Below are positions 25,909 through 35,526 of a DNA stretch of 64,000 nt, one piece after another. Both the position numbers and the translations under genes were made by a program. Below the pieces are notes generated by a model. It had not been told where the DNA came from and made no database searches. It saw only the letters and a program-made list of their open reading frames with translations. The stretch is taken from assembly GCA_002269645.1 (NCBI GenBank), contig NIVC01001668.1:1-64000 (forward strand). The letters run 5' to 3'. This DNA comes from Macrostomum lignano. Taxonomy: Eukaryota. Every line of letters begins with the position of its first letter. The first letter of the stretch is position 1.

Positions 25909-26359
25909 CACACTAGAATAACTTGATGGGCCAGTCAGCACATTTGCGTGTAAGCTACTTTCAGTTCAGTAGTAGGTTAGATAGGAGCATTTTAATGTAT
26001 TTTTAAAGCCAAGGCTTCAAGCTTTAATTTATTGGCTCTTAACCCCCCCCAGCTTATACCCTCCAACCGCGCCTTTCCAAACTACTCCCCGCCCGGCCCC
26101 AATTTTTATTGGCTTTCTCGGAATTCCAGCCTAAAGCTGCCATGTACATTTCAGTGAACTGGCTAATGTACATTATTGCTGAACCAATTAGCAAGTTGTT
26201 TACGCCTGCAAGCTTGGGCATCTAAACTTATCAAAGCCATTTCAGCTGCCTTTATTTTTATAAAATAGCTTGCATATTCTTCTTTGCTACTGAAAGTAGA
26301 AAGCTGTTTTACTAAGTATACATGCCTGAGTGGCCCATCTAGTTATTTTAGTATCTGTG
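25909..26359. mobile_element. P-like/hAT-like MITE, copy 2 (uninterrupted, opposite orientation to copy 1)
   Basis: CACA...TGTG termini; 8-bp TSD gttgaacc (25901-25908 and 26360-26367). Confidence 0.85.
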
Positions 26360-26844
26360 GTTGAACCTGAAGCTATTATGTCTATTAATTTAGCACCTGT
26401 ACTTTCTAGTCCAGAATTAGTGATCTGGTTGGCCTTGACTTGACTTGAGATATTCAAGTTGGTTTTTTATCTATTATCGTTTTAATAAACGATATTTTGA
26501 GCATCAACTATTGCAGTTTCAAATTTGAGCAGTGCTTAAGTCTGCTTAGAGCATAGTTTTTCTACTTAAGTTCTCGTAAATAATTGCATATTTTAGGTTT
26601 CTAAAAATATGTTTTCTGTTTTCTCCTGGGTCCAATTAACGACCGTTGCATATGCAATTATTTTATCAATTTTTGTTATCTTGGTGCACAGTATTGCACA
26701 CTAATTATGCGCAATCTTTTTTCTTTGGTAGGTTATATACATTATTTACTGCTTGTTGAATGTTGAGAATAATATAATATTTTTATTTCGCGCCCAAAAG
26801 TTTATCACTTTGGCTTACTAGTGCAGTTGCCTAAATCTCCCCAC

Positions 26845-27325
26845 CCCATCCGCAAATGTCTCCATCCCGAATCTCCCCATCCCAAAATCTCCCCATCCCA
26901 AATCTCCCATCGTAAATCTCTCCTCATCCACAAATCTCCCCACCCCAAAAATCCCTATCCCCAAATCTCCCCATCCCCAAATCTCCCCATCCCAAATCTC
27001 CCCTTCCATCCCCAAATCTCCCCATTCCCGAATCTCCCCATTCCCGAATCTCCCCATTCCCGAATCTCCCCATCTCAAATCTCCCCTGCCAAATCTCCCC
27101 ATCCACAAATCTTCCCATCCCAAATATCCCTGCCAAATCTCCCCATCCACAAATCTTCTCATCCACAAATCTCCCCATCCCAAATCTCCCCATCCCAAAT
27201 CTCCCCATCCCAAATCTCCCCATCCCAAATCTCCCCATTCCAAATCTCCCCATCCTAAATCTCTCCTCATCCACAAATCTCCTCATCCCCAAATCTCCCC
27301 ATTCCCAAATCTCCCCTGCCAAATC
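26845..27325. repeat. Minisatellite, 15-bp unit (ccccatcccaaatct)
   Basis: Tandem array just left of the Polinton end. Confidence 0.9.
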
Positions 27326-27365
27326 TGAAGTTCTTTGCCATTTTGGCGCAGAAATTGAAAACGGT

Positions 27366-28948
27366 AGTAGTATTATTAAATTACACGCACCCCACATTTT
27401 TACATGTAAAAATGAATATAGTCCCCACCTACACTCGAACTGTAATACGCCTCCGTCAGTTCGAGCTAACGAACGAAACGCAACTCGCCCAAGCCGGCGT
27501 TCGATAAGGTACAAATCTTAGCTTTCTTATCTTAATACGACACACTAACCAACACTAGCGTTCTCCCAAAAGAAATATTGAATTCAAAGTCCAATTCTTC
27601 CTTAGCCTTGGCCATTTATTTCTGCAAAGTATATTTGACTGAATTCGCCGCAAGTCCATACGCATTAAAAACGAGTAAGCAAATTACCGCAATCTAATAC
27701 GCAGATAGTTCATCGCGAAAGAACGCAAACGATTATAACAGCGCTTAAACAGATTCTCGGCGCCACCACCACTAATCATGCTCGCTAGAAAATCCTTCAA
27801 ACCACCACCACGATGCAGTTTAAAGTATAAATAAAACAAAACCCATATACCACAGTGCAGACTTGTTGGTTCTTGAATAGCAAAACGCGAATATTCCCAA
27901 TTTCCCCCTCCACAATTCCGTATAAACCACCGACGTATTAACTCACATGGATTTAACCCCAAGGAATCGAAATACTCTCCCTTCCTAGAGCCCCTCCTAC
28001 CCAACCTAAAACCCCCCACCCATAACAAAACCCAATGAGAACCCGGCAAATTTGAAGTATCGGTATTCACGATCAGAAAATAATGCCTTCTGTCTCTCGG
28101 GATTCGCGGGATACTACTCAACAAATCGACAGGAAAAATACCCAAAAAACAAACGTCTTTAAAACCGTTACATAGAATAATCACAACACGTTGCAAGAAC
28201 AAGTTCGTTACACCTTCGCCTCGCCTCATTTCCAAGCGGTTCCTGGCACAACGTCCCGCAGTTCGGTAATCTGTAGTTGCTTGTCGAAAACACCACCGAA
28301 AATAACGTTATAGACCTCCGCTGTAGCCGTTCCAAAACGCATCTCCAGTCGGACATTCCCTTCCTTATATAATTGTACCGCCGGCGCAACTCCCCCGTCA
28401 GATCCTAACGAATACGCGAGTATCGTATACCCTCCGTTGTAGTCCGCCATCGAGAACCCCAAATCCCGTCCTTGTAAATACAAACCCAGTTGTTGACGCA
28501 GAGTTGTATACTCCTTTGCACAATCCCCTGTGAAGTCGAATTGACTAGGCCGTGTCGGTACCGCCTCACCATTTACGTAAACTCCAACGCTGATCAAATT
28601 CGCATGCACGAAATTGAACGGATTTGTCGCCAGACTTCCATTAAATGCAGTATTTCCAACGACTACCACCAGCAAAAGACGTGGCACTCCGCTCGGAAAC
28701 AGATTTTCGTGCGTATGGCTTAACGACCCTTGCGGTATTGTGAACGTACCCAATGATAAACTGCGATGAGGGTACAAGGCATTATGGGTCTTCAAACCAT
28801 GTGCATGGGCTCCAATCACACTGGCAGATGGCTGAACATACCGCAAACGAAGCTCCGCACTCTGAATCTCAACCTCGTAATCCTTTAACACTGCCTCACC
28901 AATCTGTGCGGCACTTAACACGAATTTGCTCTTTGCCGGTAGTAACTT
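27366..28948. repeat. Left arm of the 1583-bp inverted repeat
   Basis: Reverse complement of 41384-42966; four substitutions found by eye (27419, 27467, 27842, 28370). Confidence 0.95.
27684..28235 (-). CDS. Adenain-like cysteine maturation protease
   Basis: NTD..GSHW, YFDSLG and IQ..SLHCG give the H-D-Q-C catalytic set. Confidence 0.95.
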   Translation of the reverse strand: MEMRRGEGVTNLFLQRVVIILCNGFKDVCFLGIFPVDLLSSIPRIPRDRRHYFLIVNTDTSNLPGSHWVLLWVGGFRLGRRGSRKGEYFDSLGLNPCELIRRWFIRNCGGGNWEYSRFAIQEPTSLHCGIWVLFYLYFKLHRGGGLKDFLASMISGGGAENLFKRCYNRLRSFAMNYLRIRLR

Positions 28949-29548
28949 TATCCGCAAAGGCGTCTTTGACAACAAATACCGTGGCTGACGAAATAGATCC
29001 AAAAACAAAGGCCCTGAAACCGTACAAGTTCTCCCACCCGCAATTAGTGCCTGTCGCTTCACTCGCCCAACGTTCGCGACGCCGGTGGCATTCATTTTTC
29101 CAGCAGTGTCCTTGTAAAATCCCCAGGCAGCCAATCCGCCGTCTTGTCCCAACCGACCATACTCCAAAAGCGTCAGAAGCATGGCCTTGTACGGATACAT
29201 GAAGCTCCCGCCTTCAACGACCGTATCTCCTATCCGCAATTGCACGTCTTCGAACAGCGTACTCACCACCATGTTATTCAGACAGACATAGTTTTTCGCA
29301 GCATCCACAGCCCCTCCACTCTCGTCTACTACTCGGATTCCAACAGTTAGAACTGTTTCTTGTAAGTCGACATACAAATCTCCAGCCGGTACAATCTCGA
29401 ACTCAATTGGCCCTCCTTGCGTAATCCCATGTTGAGGCTGTATATCCGTGTAGCGACTGTCCACAACACTGAATTGTACTGGTGGGCTGTCAAATAACGT
29501 CAACTCACTTTTCAATCCAGCGACGTCAGGCCCCAACAACTGATCCAT
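28226..29548 (-). CDS. Major capsid protein (double jelly-roll, hexon-like)
   Basis: 440 aa; KSELTLFDSPPVQ, GPIEF, VDLQET, LDLFRQPRYL and NPFNF motifs typical of Polinton MCP. Confidence 0.93.
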   Translation of the reverse strand: MDQLLGPDVAGLKSELTLFDSPPVQFSVVDSRYTDIQPQHGITQGGPIEFEIVPAGDLYVDLQETVLTVGIRVVDESGGAVDAAKNYVCLNNMVVSTLFEDVQLRIGDTVVEGGSFMYPYKAMLLTLLEYGRLGQDGGLAAWGFYKDTAGKMNATGVANVGRVKRQALIAGGRTCTVSGPLFLDLFRQPRYLLSKTPLRIKLLPAKSKFVLSAAQIGEAVLKDYEVEIQSAELRLRYVQPSASVIGAHAHGLKTHNALYPHRSLSLGTFTIPQGSLSHTHENLFPSGVPRLLLVVVVGNTAFNGSLATNPFNFVHANLISVGVYVNGEAVPTRPSQFDFTGDCAKEYTTLRQQLGLYLQGRDLGFSMADYNGGYTILAYSLGSDGGVAPAVQLYKEGNVRLEMRFGTATAEVYNVIFGGVFDKQLQITELRDVVPGTAWK

Positions 29549-29941
29549 CTACTTGCCAAACAAACTGAATAACTTTTTAGTCGTGGCGCTCGGCTTTTTC
29601 TTTTTACGTATGCGTCTAACTCGCCGACCACGTCCAACCTGTTTTTTTACCGCAGGTGTCTTTCTGCTTATACCCTTTTTCCTGACTCGTCGTCGCTTAA
29701 CCACAACTGGTCCATCAGTAGTCGTCAATCTACGTTTCTTACCCATTCCAATCGTCTTCTTCAGGAAGCTTAAACCGCCCTCTACTAAATCCTTCCGAGC
29801 TCTACGTAGCACGGGATATATCACTCTCTCTGTTAAATTCGTCAAATATCCGTATCCCTCGTACACAGGTATCGAACTCGACCCACCACCCGTCCGCGGC
29901 TGTGTACTAGGTCCCGAATAGAATGCAAAAACCGGATCCAT
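29549..29941 (-). CDS. Basic Arg/Lys-rich putative core (pVII-like) protein
   Basis: 130 aa; basic C-terminal half; QPRTGGG..PVYEGYG N-terminus; abuts the MCP start. Confidence 0.65.
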   Translation of the reverse strand: MDPVFAFYSGPSTQPRTGGGSSSIPVYEGYGYLTNLTERVIYPVLRRARKDLVEGGLSFLKKTIGMGKKRRLTTTDGPVVVKRRRVRKKGISRKTPAVKKQVGRGRRVRRIRKKKKPSATTKKLFSLFGK

Positions 29942-29970
29942 GAATGCCGAGCGAAACTATACGTCAAAAT

Positions 29971-31113
29971 CTACTTAAAGTGCTTTGCTAATACCCGTGC
30001 TGTCTCTTTATCTAGATCTGATTCAGCCAACCACTGACCTCTCGAGTCGGGCATTCCCTCCCACTTGACAAAATATCGCCTGCCCTTCTTCCCCATACGC
30101 TCAACACGCTCGACCCGATCAATTTTAACAACCTCCGCCTCAGGTTCAGCCACTAGAAGCAGTTCACCTTGGTTGAATCGACCCTCCAACACTGTCGAAT
30201 CGTCCTCGGGGTCTAACAGACCATAAGACGGTGGCTTCGTAGAATACACCCGATGAATTCGATACACCCTATTACTCCATGTCGTTGTGTAACCCTTCTC
30301 AAATTTTCCCTTTTGACGTGCAAGTCGTACCCAATCACCAACCTTAAAACGCGGAATAGGCCTCACATCGTCGCCATACAACTCCTCCCACACCATGCCC
30401 TGCAGATGGCCATCCGCACTCACATCAATGGGGCTACGACCATTTAAACTGCGGTGTGGAGAGTTATTCAACGCAAGCTCTAATTTTGGTAGAACATCAA
30501 ACCACCGGGCCAGATTTCGAGTCCGAAATAGTCGTAGTAATCGCTCCTTCACGGTGCGTATCAATCGCTCAGCCATGCTCGCTTTGTAGGTACTCTGACT
30601 TACGAAAAATCGTACGCCCTCACGCTTTAACATCGACTGAGTTTCTCGCCCAAGAAACTCTCGACCAGCATCGCCTTGTAAGTACAGCGGTTTAAACCCC
30701 GTGCGGAATATCTCATACAATACACGGCTCACCTCACTTGGCTTCTTCGTCTTCAAAGCTCTCAAGCGAGCCAACCTAGTGAAACAGTCGACTAATACGA
30801 GGATGTACCTGTAACCACGGTTTTCGTCCTGATATTGCGGTAAGTCTGCCAAATCAATCTGCATTTGAAATTTTGCAACGGGCGGTAGTTGTATTTTCGG
30901 AGTTTTGAACTTCCGATTCGACTTCTGGAACAGATGTATCTCCTTCGTCCTACGCACCCACTTGTCAACAACAGCCTTGGCTTTTTTTTGCGTTAACTCC
31001 GGATACCTCCGCCTCAAAACTCGTATAAATTGCTTCTTATTACCACTAAACGCAGTAGGGCGTTCCAAGTCGAAAAATGCCACGTCCAGAAACTTAAAAA
31101 AAATCGCTTCCAT
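29971..31113 (-). CDS. Retroviral-type (rve) integrase with C-terminal chromodomain
   Basis: QIDLAD / QGDAGREF / AERLIRT DDE triad; YFVKWEG..QW chromodomain. Confidence 0.95.
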   Translation of the reverse strand: MEAIFFKFLDVAFFDLERPTAFSGNKKQFIRVLRRRYPELTQKKAKAVVDKWVRRTKEIHLFQKSNRKFKTPKIQLPPVAKFQMQIDLADLPQYQDENRGYRYILVLVDCFTRLARLRALKTKKPSEVSRVLYEIFRTGFKPLYLQGDAGREFLGRETQSMLKREGVRFFVSQSTYKASMAERLIRTVKERLLRLFRTRNLARWFDVLPKLELALNNSPHRSLNGRSPIDVSADGHLQGMVWEELYGDDVRPIPRFKVGDWVRLARQKGKFEKGYTTTWSNRVYRIHRVYSTKPPSYGLLDPEDDSTVLEGRFNQGELLLVAEPEAEVVKIDRVERVERMGKKGRRYFVKWEGMPDSRGQWLAESDLDKETARVLAKHFK

Positions 31114-31140
31114 CCTCCGTATTAGCGGCTCTCCAAATTT

Positions 31141-31314
31141 TTATGATGCAGAACCCACATTAGTATTGCAACAGTTAAAACTTGCCTTTACCGTTACGTC
31201 TCCGTCAGGCTCCTCTGCGCGCAGTACGCGTTCCAATAAATTCGCAATGCAACCACCCTCCCCCAAAAAACAAATTCTAAAACGCTTGTACAACCACTGA
31301 AACACATTCGCCAT
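31141..31314 (-). CDS. Small 57-aa ORF (MANVFQWLYKRFRICFLG...NCCNTNVGSAS), unknown function
   Basis: ATG-to-TAA ORF filling the gap between neighbouring co-oriented genes; below the ORF-track cutoff. Confidence 0.45.
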   Translation of the reverse strand: MANVFQWLYKRFRICFLGEGGCIANLLERVLRAEEPDGDVTVKASFNCCNTNVGSAS

Positions 31315-31357
31315 CCCCAGACTCGATATATTTCACGTAAAATACAATGCTTATACA

Positions 31358-32029
31358 TTACGCTAGAGTCTCATAATCTTCCAAGGCTTGCAAGTCCCCA
31401 CCGCGCGACTCTGACTCGGGAGTAGGTTCCATGGGTGTTCCTTCCTCCAGAACGTTTCGCATATGCCGCCCTAGCATCGACGGTGGAATTGATTCCCTGC
31501 GAAGCAGTGAGACGAAACGTTCCAGCTCTGCCGCCGGAGGCGATCTCCCTCGTTTCAATGGTTGGTCGCGAGTGACATACTCTACTAGCTCGTCAAAATC
31601 TCCTCCTCCAATCTCATTCGCAGCACCTGTCAGCCTTGCCTTCAGACGGTCGAAACGTGGTTGTACATTACGGGGGAGTCGCCTCCCCTTCTCGGTCTCA
31701 CCCTCCGTCGGGCCATCATGACCAACGGATGAGCGAACCTCTGGCGGGGTCTCACCATTCTTATTGTACAGAGACCGCGTTTGTAGCAACCGACTCTCCA
31801 AATCAGTTCTTTCCAACTGTGCGGTTGTAGGCTGCAGACTAGTCGATTCACCAATCTCCCGGTCAAGCCTATTCATCTCACCTTGCATTTCAACAATATT
31901 CTTACCCAAAGCGTCCACAGGTCCGTCCAATACTCCCGTCCTTCGCTCATCTTTCGCCGTACATTCCAAATAAGCCTGCAACGGCAGCAAAACCATTCGC
32001 TGAAGAGTTCCTCCTCTATTGACTGGCAT
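31358..32029 (-). CDS. Hypothetical Polinton protein (223 aa, coiled-coil N-terminal half)
   Basis: Co-oriented, tightly packed ORF with ATG; no motif recognised. Confidence 0.75.
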   Translation of the reverse strand: MPVNRGGTLQRMVLLPLQAYLECTAKDERRTGVLDGPVDALGKNIVEMQGEMNRLDREIGESTSLQPTTAQLERTDLESRLLQTRSLYNKNGETPPEVRSSVGHDGPTEGETEKGRRLPRNVQPRFDRLKARLTGAANEIGGGDFDELVEYVTRDQPLKRGRSPPAAELERFVSLLRRESIPPSMLGRHMRNVLEEGTPMEPTPESESRGGDLQALEDYETLA

Positions 32030-32030
32030 A

Positions 32031-32468
32031 TTACCTACGCCGTCCGGCCCGAATTGCTCGAACTAGATTTGCCGTCCCCGCAGCCGTACCGGCCAATCCC
32101 GATGTAATCCCTAGAGCCGTGCCAATGGCTGGCAAAGCAGAAATTATCGGAGCAAGAAACGGCAGGAAACCACCACGCTGTACCAAAATTTCCTTCCTGG
32201 CTCTAGTTGATTTTTTCTCCTTCAACAATTCTTGTATCGGTTTCCGATAGCGTTCTAAACGTTTCTTGTCACACGACTTTAACGGCACGCGTCCTTTTAC
32301 GATATTCAAAAGAAACTCAACCAGGCAACGCACCTCGCCCGGACTTAAACTTCGCAGAAATCGCTTGCGCTGGTCCAATCCCCGAAGCCTCGCGACAACT
32401 TGCAATAGGAAGGCACACTGGGACAATGATCGCGCGCTTTGTACGCTCTTTTCTGTCAGCCCGGTCAT
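32031..32468 (-). CDS. Putative virion protein with an adenovirus pX/Mu-like hydrophobic C-terminus
   Basis: QRGG-FLPFLAPIISALPAIG resembles the adenovirus pX segment MRGG-ILPLLIPLIAAAIG. Confidence 0.65.
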   Translation of the reverse strand: MTGLTEKSVQSARSLSQCAFLLQVVARLRGLDQRKRFLRSLSPGEVRCLVEFLLNIVKGRVPLKSCDKKRLERYRKPIQELLKEKKSTRARKEILVQRGGFLPFLAPIISALPAIGTALGITSGLAGTAAGTANLVRAIRAGRRR

Positions 32469-32512
32469 TGTCTATCATGCCTTCTACTGATTCCGACTGT
32501 ACTTGCTTATAA

Positions 32513-33469
32513 TCAATCGTCTCGTACCCTGAAGTGCAGCACAGCAATCACATGGCTTCCATCAGGGAAATTCAAATCTTGCCCCCGTTGGTCGGCCAGA
32601 CGAATGGAGATCTCATTAATGTAGCTCCGATTTGTCCGCAAGTAATATGGCGTCTGCAAAGCATTTCCGTCTCGTCGAAATATTCCGTTCTTTTCCTGGC
32701 GAAACTCAACCACGCGAAGTAGCGGAACCTGACGACTTCCAACCATTTGATATTCAACAATGTCGCTATAGCAGTACATGTAAACACTCCGCAGTATCGC
32801 TTCGGGTATTCTATCCAAATAGACCTTCGTCAGACCCCACGCACGATTTTTCCTCCAATACTCAACCACCTCCTTTAACGTATCCCCGGCAGGCCGTATT
32901 ACCTGCGTACTCTTCATCCAGACGGCGAAACCAGGTTCCAAGACAGCACGAAAATCGTACCAATTCGAATCTAATATACCTGCCTCGTCCATTGCATTCG
33001 TTATGTTCGTCCAGGATTCACCCGCCGCATCCGCGGGTTGGGTGCGTCCGTCGTGAGCTGTCAAACCCCACGTACTGAAACCAAAGCATGTCAAAAAACT
33101 CCTTGGCAGTTCAATGCCCATACGTCGGCTGCCGGAATTTCGCAAATACCAAACATATGCTTTAGTAGCCGGCGTCCACGACAAGTGTACCTCCAAATCA
33201 TCGGCCTGCCAGACCTTACCCAAGAAGACTTCATCTGTTTTCTCGATAATTTTCTCGATGTTGCAATAATATATCACCTTCACCTCTTCTCGAAGTTCCG
33301 CCGAGGAAGTTTCCGCCGGCGGGCTGTTACATAGCAAATCCACCAAAGCCACTTCATACTTCCCAGCCGGCGCTAGATTCAATGGTGTAGTTAGCCGCAC
33401 CCGAAACTCGTGCGCAGAATTGGTCGGATAACTACGATCGTTTGACGGAATAAACACAAAGAAACTCAT
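32513..33469 (-). CDS. Minor capsid protein (penton-like)
   Basis: PSN...N....FRVRL..PL.L...YEVAL N-terminus; YCYSDIV..Q.VG...VPLLRVV and I.IRL.DQ.G C-terminus. Confidence 0.88.
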   Translation of the reverse strand: MSFFVFIPSNDRSYPTNSAHEFRVRLTTPLNLAPAGKYEVALVDLLCNSPPAETSSAELREEVKVIYYCNIEKIIEKTDEVFLGKVWQADDLEVHLSWTPATKAYVWYLRNSGSRRMGIELPRSFLTCFGFSTWGLTAHDGRTQPADAAGESWTNITNAMDEAGILDSNWYDFRAVLEPGFAVWMKSTQVIRPAGDTLKEVVEYWRKNRAWGLTKVYLDRIPEAILRSVYMYCYSDIVEYQMVGSRQVPLLRVVEFRQEKNGIFRRDGNALQTPYYLRTNRSYINEISIRLADQRGQDLNFPDGSHVIAVLHFRVRDD

Positions 33470-33499
33470 AATCTCACCCCATAAGCTGTAGCCGCTTCC

Positions 33500-34213
33500 T
33501 CAAAACTTGCTTATAATATCCTCCTCCTTGATAGTCTCCGGACGCATATAAACAACCTGGTGAGTGTCACTCGGAAAGACATTCGTCCGTATGCGTATCA
33601 TATCCGGCGTGTCCTGTCGTAAGTCTATGAAGAGATAGCTGAAGGCCTTGTCACCCGTCGCGTCGTCATAAGCCTGCACCAGAAATCTACTAGCTCGGGG
33701 GTACATCTGCCGACCCAAATGTTCAACGGCGCTACGATCCCTAACATTTCGGCTTAAACAGATATAACTCGTCGATAAACTTCTTTTTCTTGCCTCAGGA
33801 TCCGCAGGGTCAAACAAATTTTGGCACAAATAAAGACAAGTCAATGGCGTATGATGAGCCAATTTGGTGAATACAGCGGTAAAAGCGCGTTGCTTTGCAA
33901 CTTCACCCTGCAAATCATCAACAACGACTAAATCGTGCGGCTTGAATCTAGCCAACAACTGATCGGGGAATCCCTGTACGAAGTGACATTCGCCACTTCC
34001 ACCCAATGTCCAACATTCTCGAACTCGTTTTTCCTCAGACGAATGTAACTCTGTACCGTGACACCAAATTAGACGCCTTGGTACTACTCGAAACAGACCC
34101 AAGCGCTCCCTTACCAGTCGAAGCACCCATTCAGTCTTTCCCGAATTCGAAGGACCTGCGACGATAAACGTCGAGTCATGAGCAAATCGCAAGTCGAATG
34201 TACGCCTGTCCAT
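33500..34213 (-). CDS. FtsK/A32-like packaging ATPase
   Basis: Walker A GPSNSGKT, Walker B VVVDD, LCQNLF and Q.YP motifs; first ATG at 34213. Confidence 0.93.
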   Translation of the reverse strand: MDRRTFDLRFAHDSTFIVAGPSNSGKTEWVLRLVRERLGLFRVVPRRLIWCHGTELHSSEEKRVRECWTLGGSGECHFVQGFPDQLLARFKPHDLVVVDDLQGEVAKQRAFTAVFTKLAHHTPLTCLYLCQNLFDPADPEARKRSLSTSYICLSRNVRDRSAVEHLGRQMYPRASRFLVQAYDDATGDKAFSYLFIDLRQDTPDMIRIRTNVFPSDTHQVVYMRPETIKEEDIISKF

Positions 34214-34214
34214 T

Positions 34215-34670
34215 CTAGGCACCCAAACGCTGTTTTACGTTCATAACACGGGATACCAGTTTTGCGGCCAAACGTTCCCCCCACTTAGTTGTAGGATCCG
34301 CAGCAATCTCTCGAGCTCCTGCTTCGAGTTGTTGATCGGCCTTTGAACGCTCTGCCACGTCCGAGTGCTTCTCGTATGCCAGGTCGTGTAAGAGACACAA
34401 TTTATCGAGCCGATTCTTCCCAGTATCGCCCCGCGCTAAACGTTCTCTCAATCTGGTCCCGGGGCCGCAGAATTGGTAACCCCCCGGCAAATGAAGCTCC
34501 CCTGGGAGATGATTTATTACCCAATTAACAATACCAAACCCCGTCTGACCTCGACGACGAGATTTCTTAGCTCGAGTCGACTTTGCTGCTGTCGAACGCA
34601 CTCGCTTCTTCTTCTTCTGTCGGCCTTGTGTTCCCATCCCACTTAATTGTACCAAAAGAACCAATTGCAT
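34215..34670 (-). CDS. Parvovirus-type phospholipase A2 domain protein (PLA2X)
   Basis: YQFCGPG Ca-binding loop, LDKLCLLHDLAY (HD), downstream AD; basic N-terminus; first ATG at 34670. Confidence 0.9.
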   Translation of the reverse strand: MQLVLLVQLSGMGTQGRQKKKKRVRSTAAKSTRAKKSRRRGQTGFGIVNWVINHLPGELHLPGGYQFCGPGTRLRERLARGDTGKNRLDKLCLLHDLAYEKHSDVAERSKADQQLEAGAREIAADPTTKWGERLAAKLVSRVMNVKQRLGA

Positions 34671-34783
34671 TTGCTTATACACACAGTGGTTAAATCCACG
34701 AGCAGTATATTGTATTAATAATCAAAGTGACAAGCCGCCACCAATTCCCACCACCGACCGACGGGCTCCGGGCGTGACCAGCA

Positions 34784-35401
34784 TCACATGTTAGTGCTGC
34801 CCATGCCACCCGTCTCGCGAACCGCCACCGGCTCCGGTTGTCGGTGCCACACCCCCGGCAGCTGGCCCTCGCGAGCTCGACCGACTTCTACCGGGGGCGT
34901 GACGCAGCGCTCCAGAATCAATTGGGCCACGCTGGTGGCACACGACAGATGAACTTTCTCATCTGACGTGTTGTGCAGGATCACGCGGAGTTCCCCGGTA
35001 TAGTCCGGGTCAACCACGCCACCCTGCACATTTAGGCCTCGGTTGGCCCAACTGGACCGGCTCGCTATCCGACCATAGGTGCCCGGCGGCAGCATCACCC
35101 GGAGGCCGGTGCGAATGATGGCCGTGTCAAAGGCTTCCACAGTGCGGTCTTCGCACGTGGCTAGGTCGTAGCCCACCGACCCGGCCGTAGCTCGCCGAGG
35201 CATCACTGCCCCGGCATCCGTGAGCACTACGCGCAGCGGGACCGTCGAGCAAGAGTCGGAGCTCATAGTGGCTGCGGGATCATAGTTCATCTTATGCTTA
35301 GGAGGTTCTTCGTCCTCTAAAATAAGTCTAGTACTACCCGCGTAATCCTCGTCCCAATCAAAAAAACTAAGCCTAGTACTAATCCCCTGCACTGCCATCA
35401 T
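34784..35401 (-). CDS. dut: dUTPase with acidic N-terminal extension
   Basis: Five motifs: VGYDL, GRIASRSS, GVVDPDYTGE, VAQLI and RETGGMGST; ATG 4 nt after a strong polypyrimidine-AG. Confidence 0.92.
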   Translation of the reverse strand: MMAVQGISTRLSFFDWDEDYAGSTRLILEDEEPPKHKMNYDPAATMSSDSCSTVPLRVVLTDAGAVMPRRATAGSVGYDLATCEDRTVEAFDTAIIRTGLRVMLPPGTYGRIASRSSWANRGLNVQGGVVDPDYTGELRVILHNTSDEKVHLSCATSVAQLILERCVTPPVEVGRAREGQLPGVWHRQPEPVAVRETGGMGSTNM

Positions 35402-35526
35402 AGGCCTAGAAAAACGAAGAGAAAGAAGGAAAGGCGGATTCTTGCATATACATTCGATAATTGCGCGCATATATTGTGTGCAGAAAAAGCATAAACAGAC
35501 AGAAAACAGAGAGCGGAGAGAACAAG

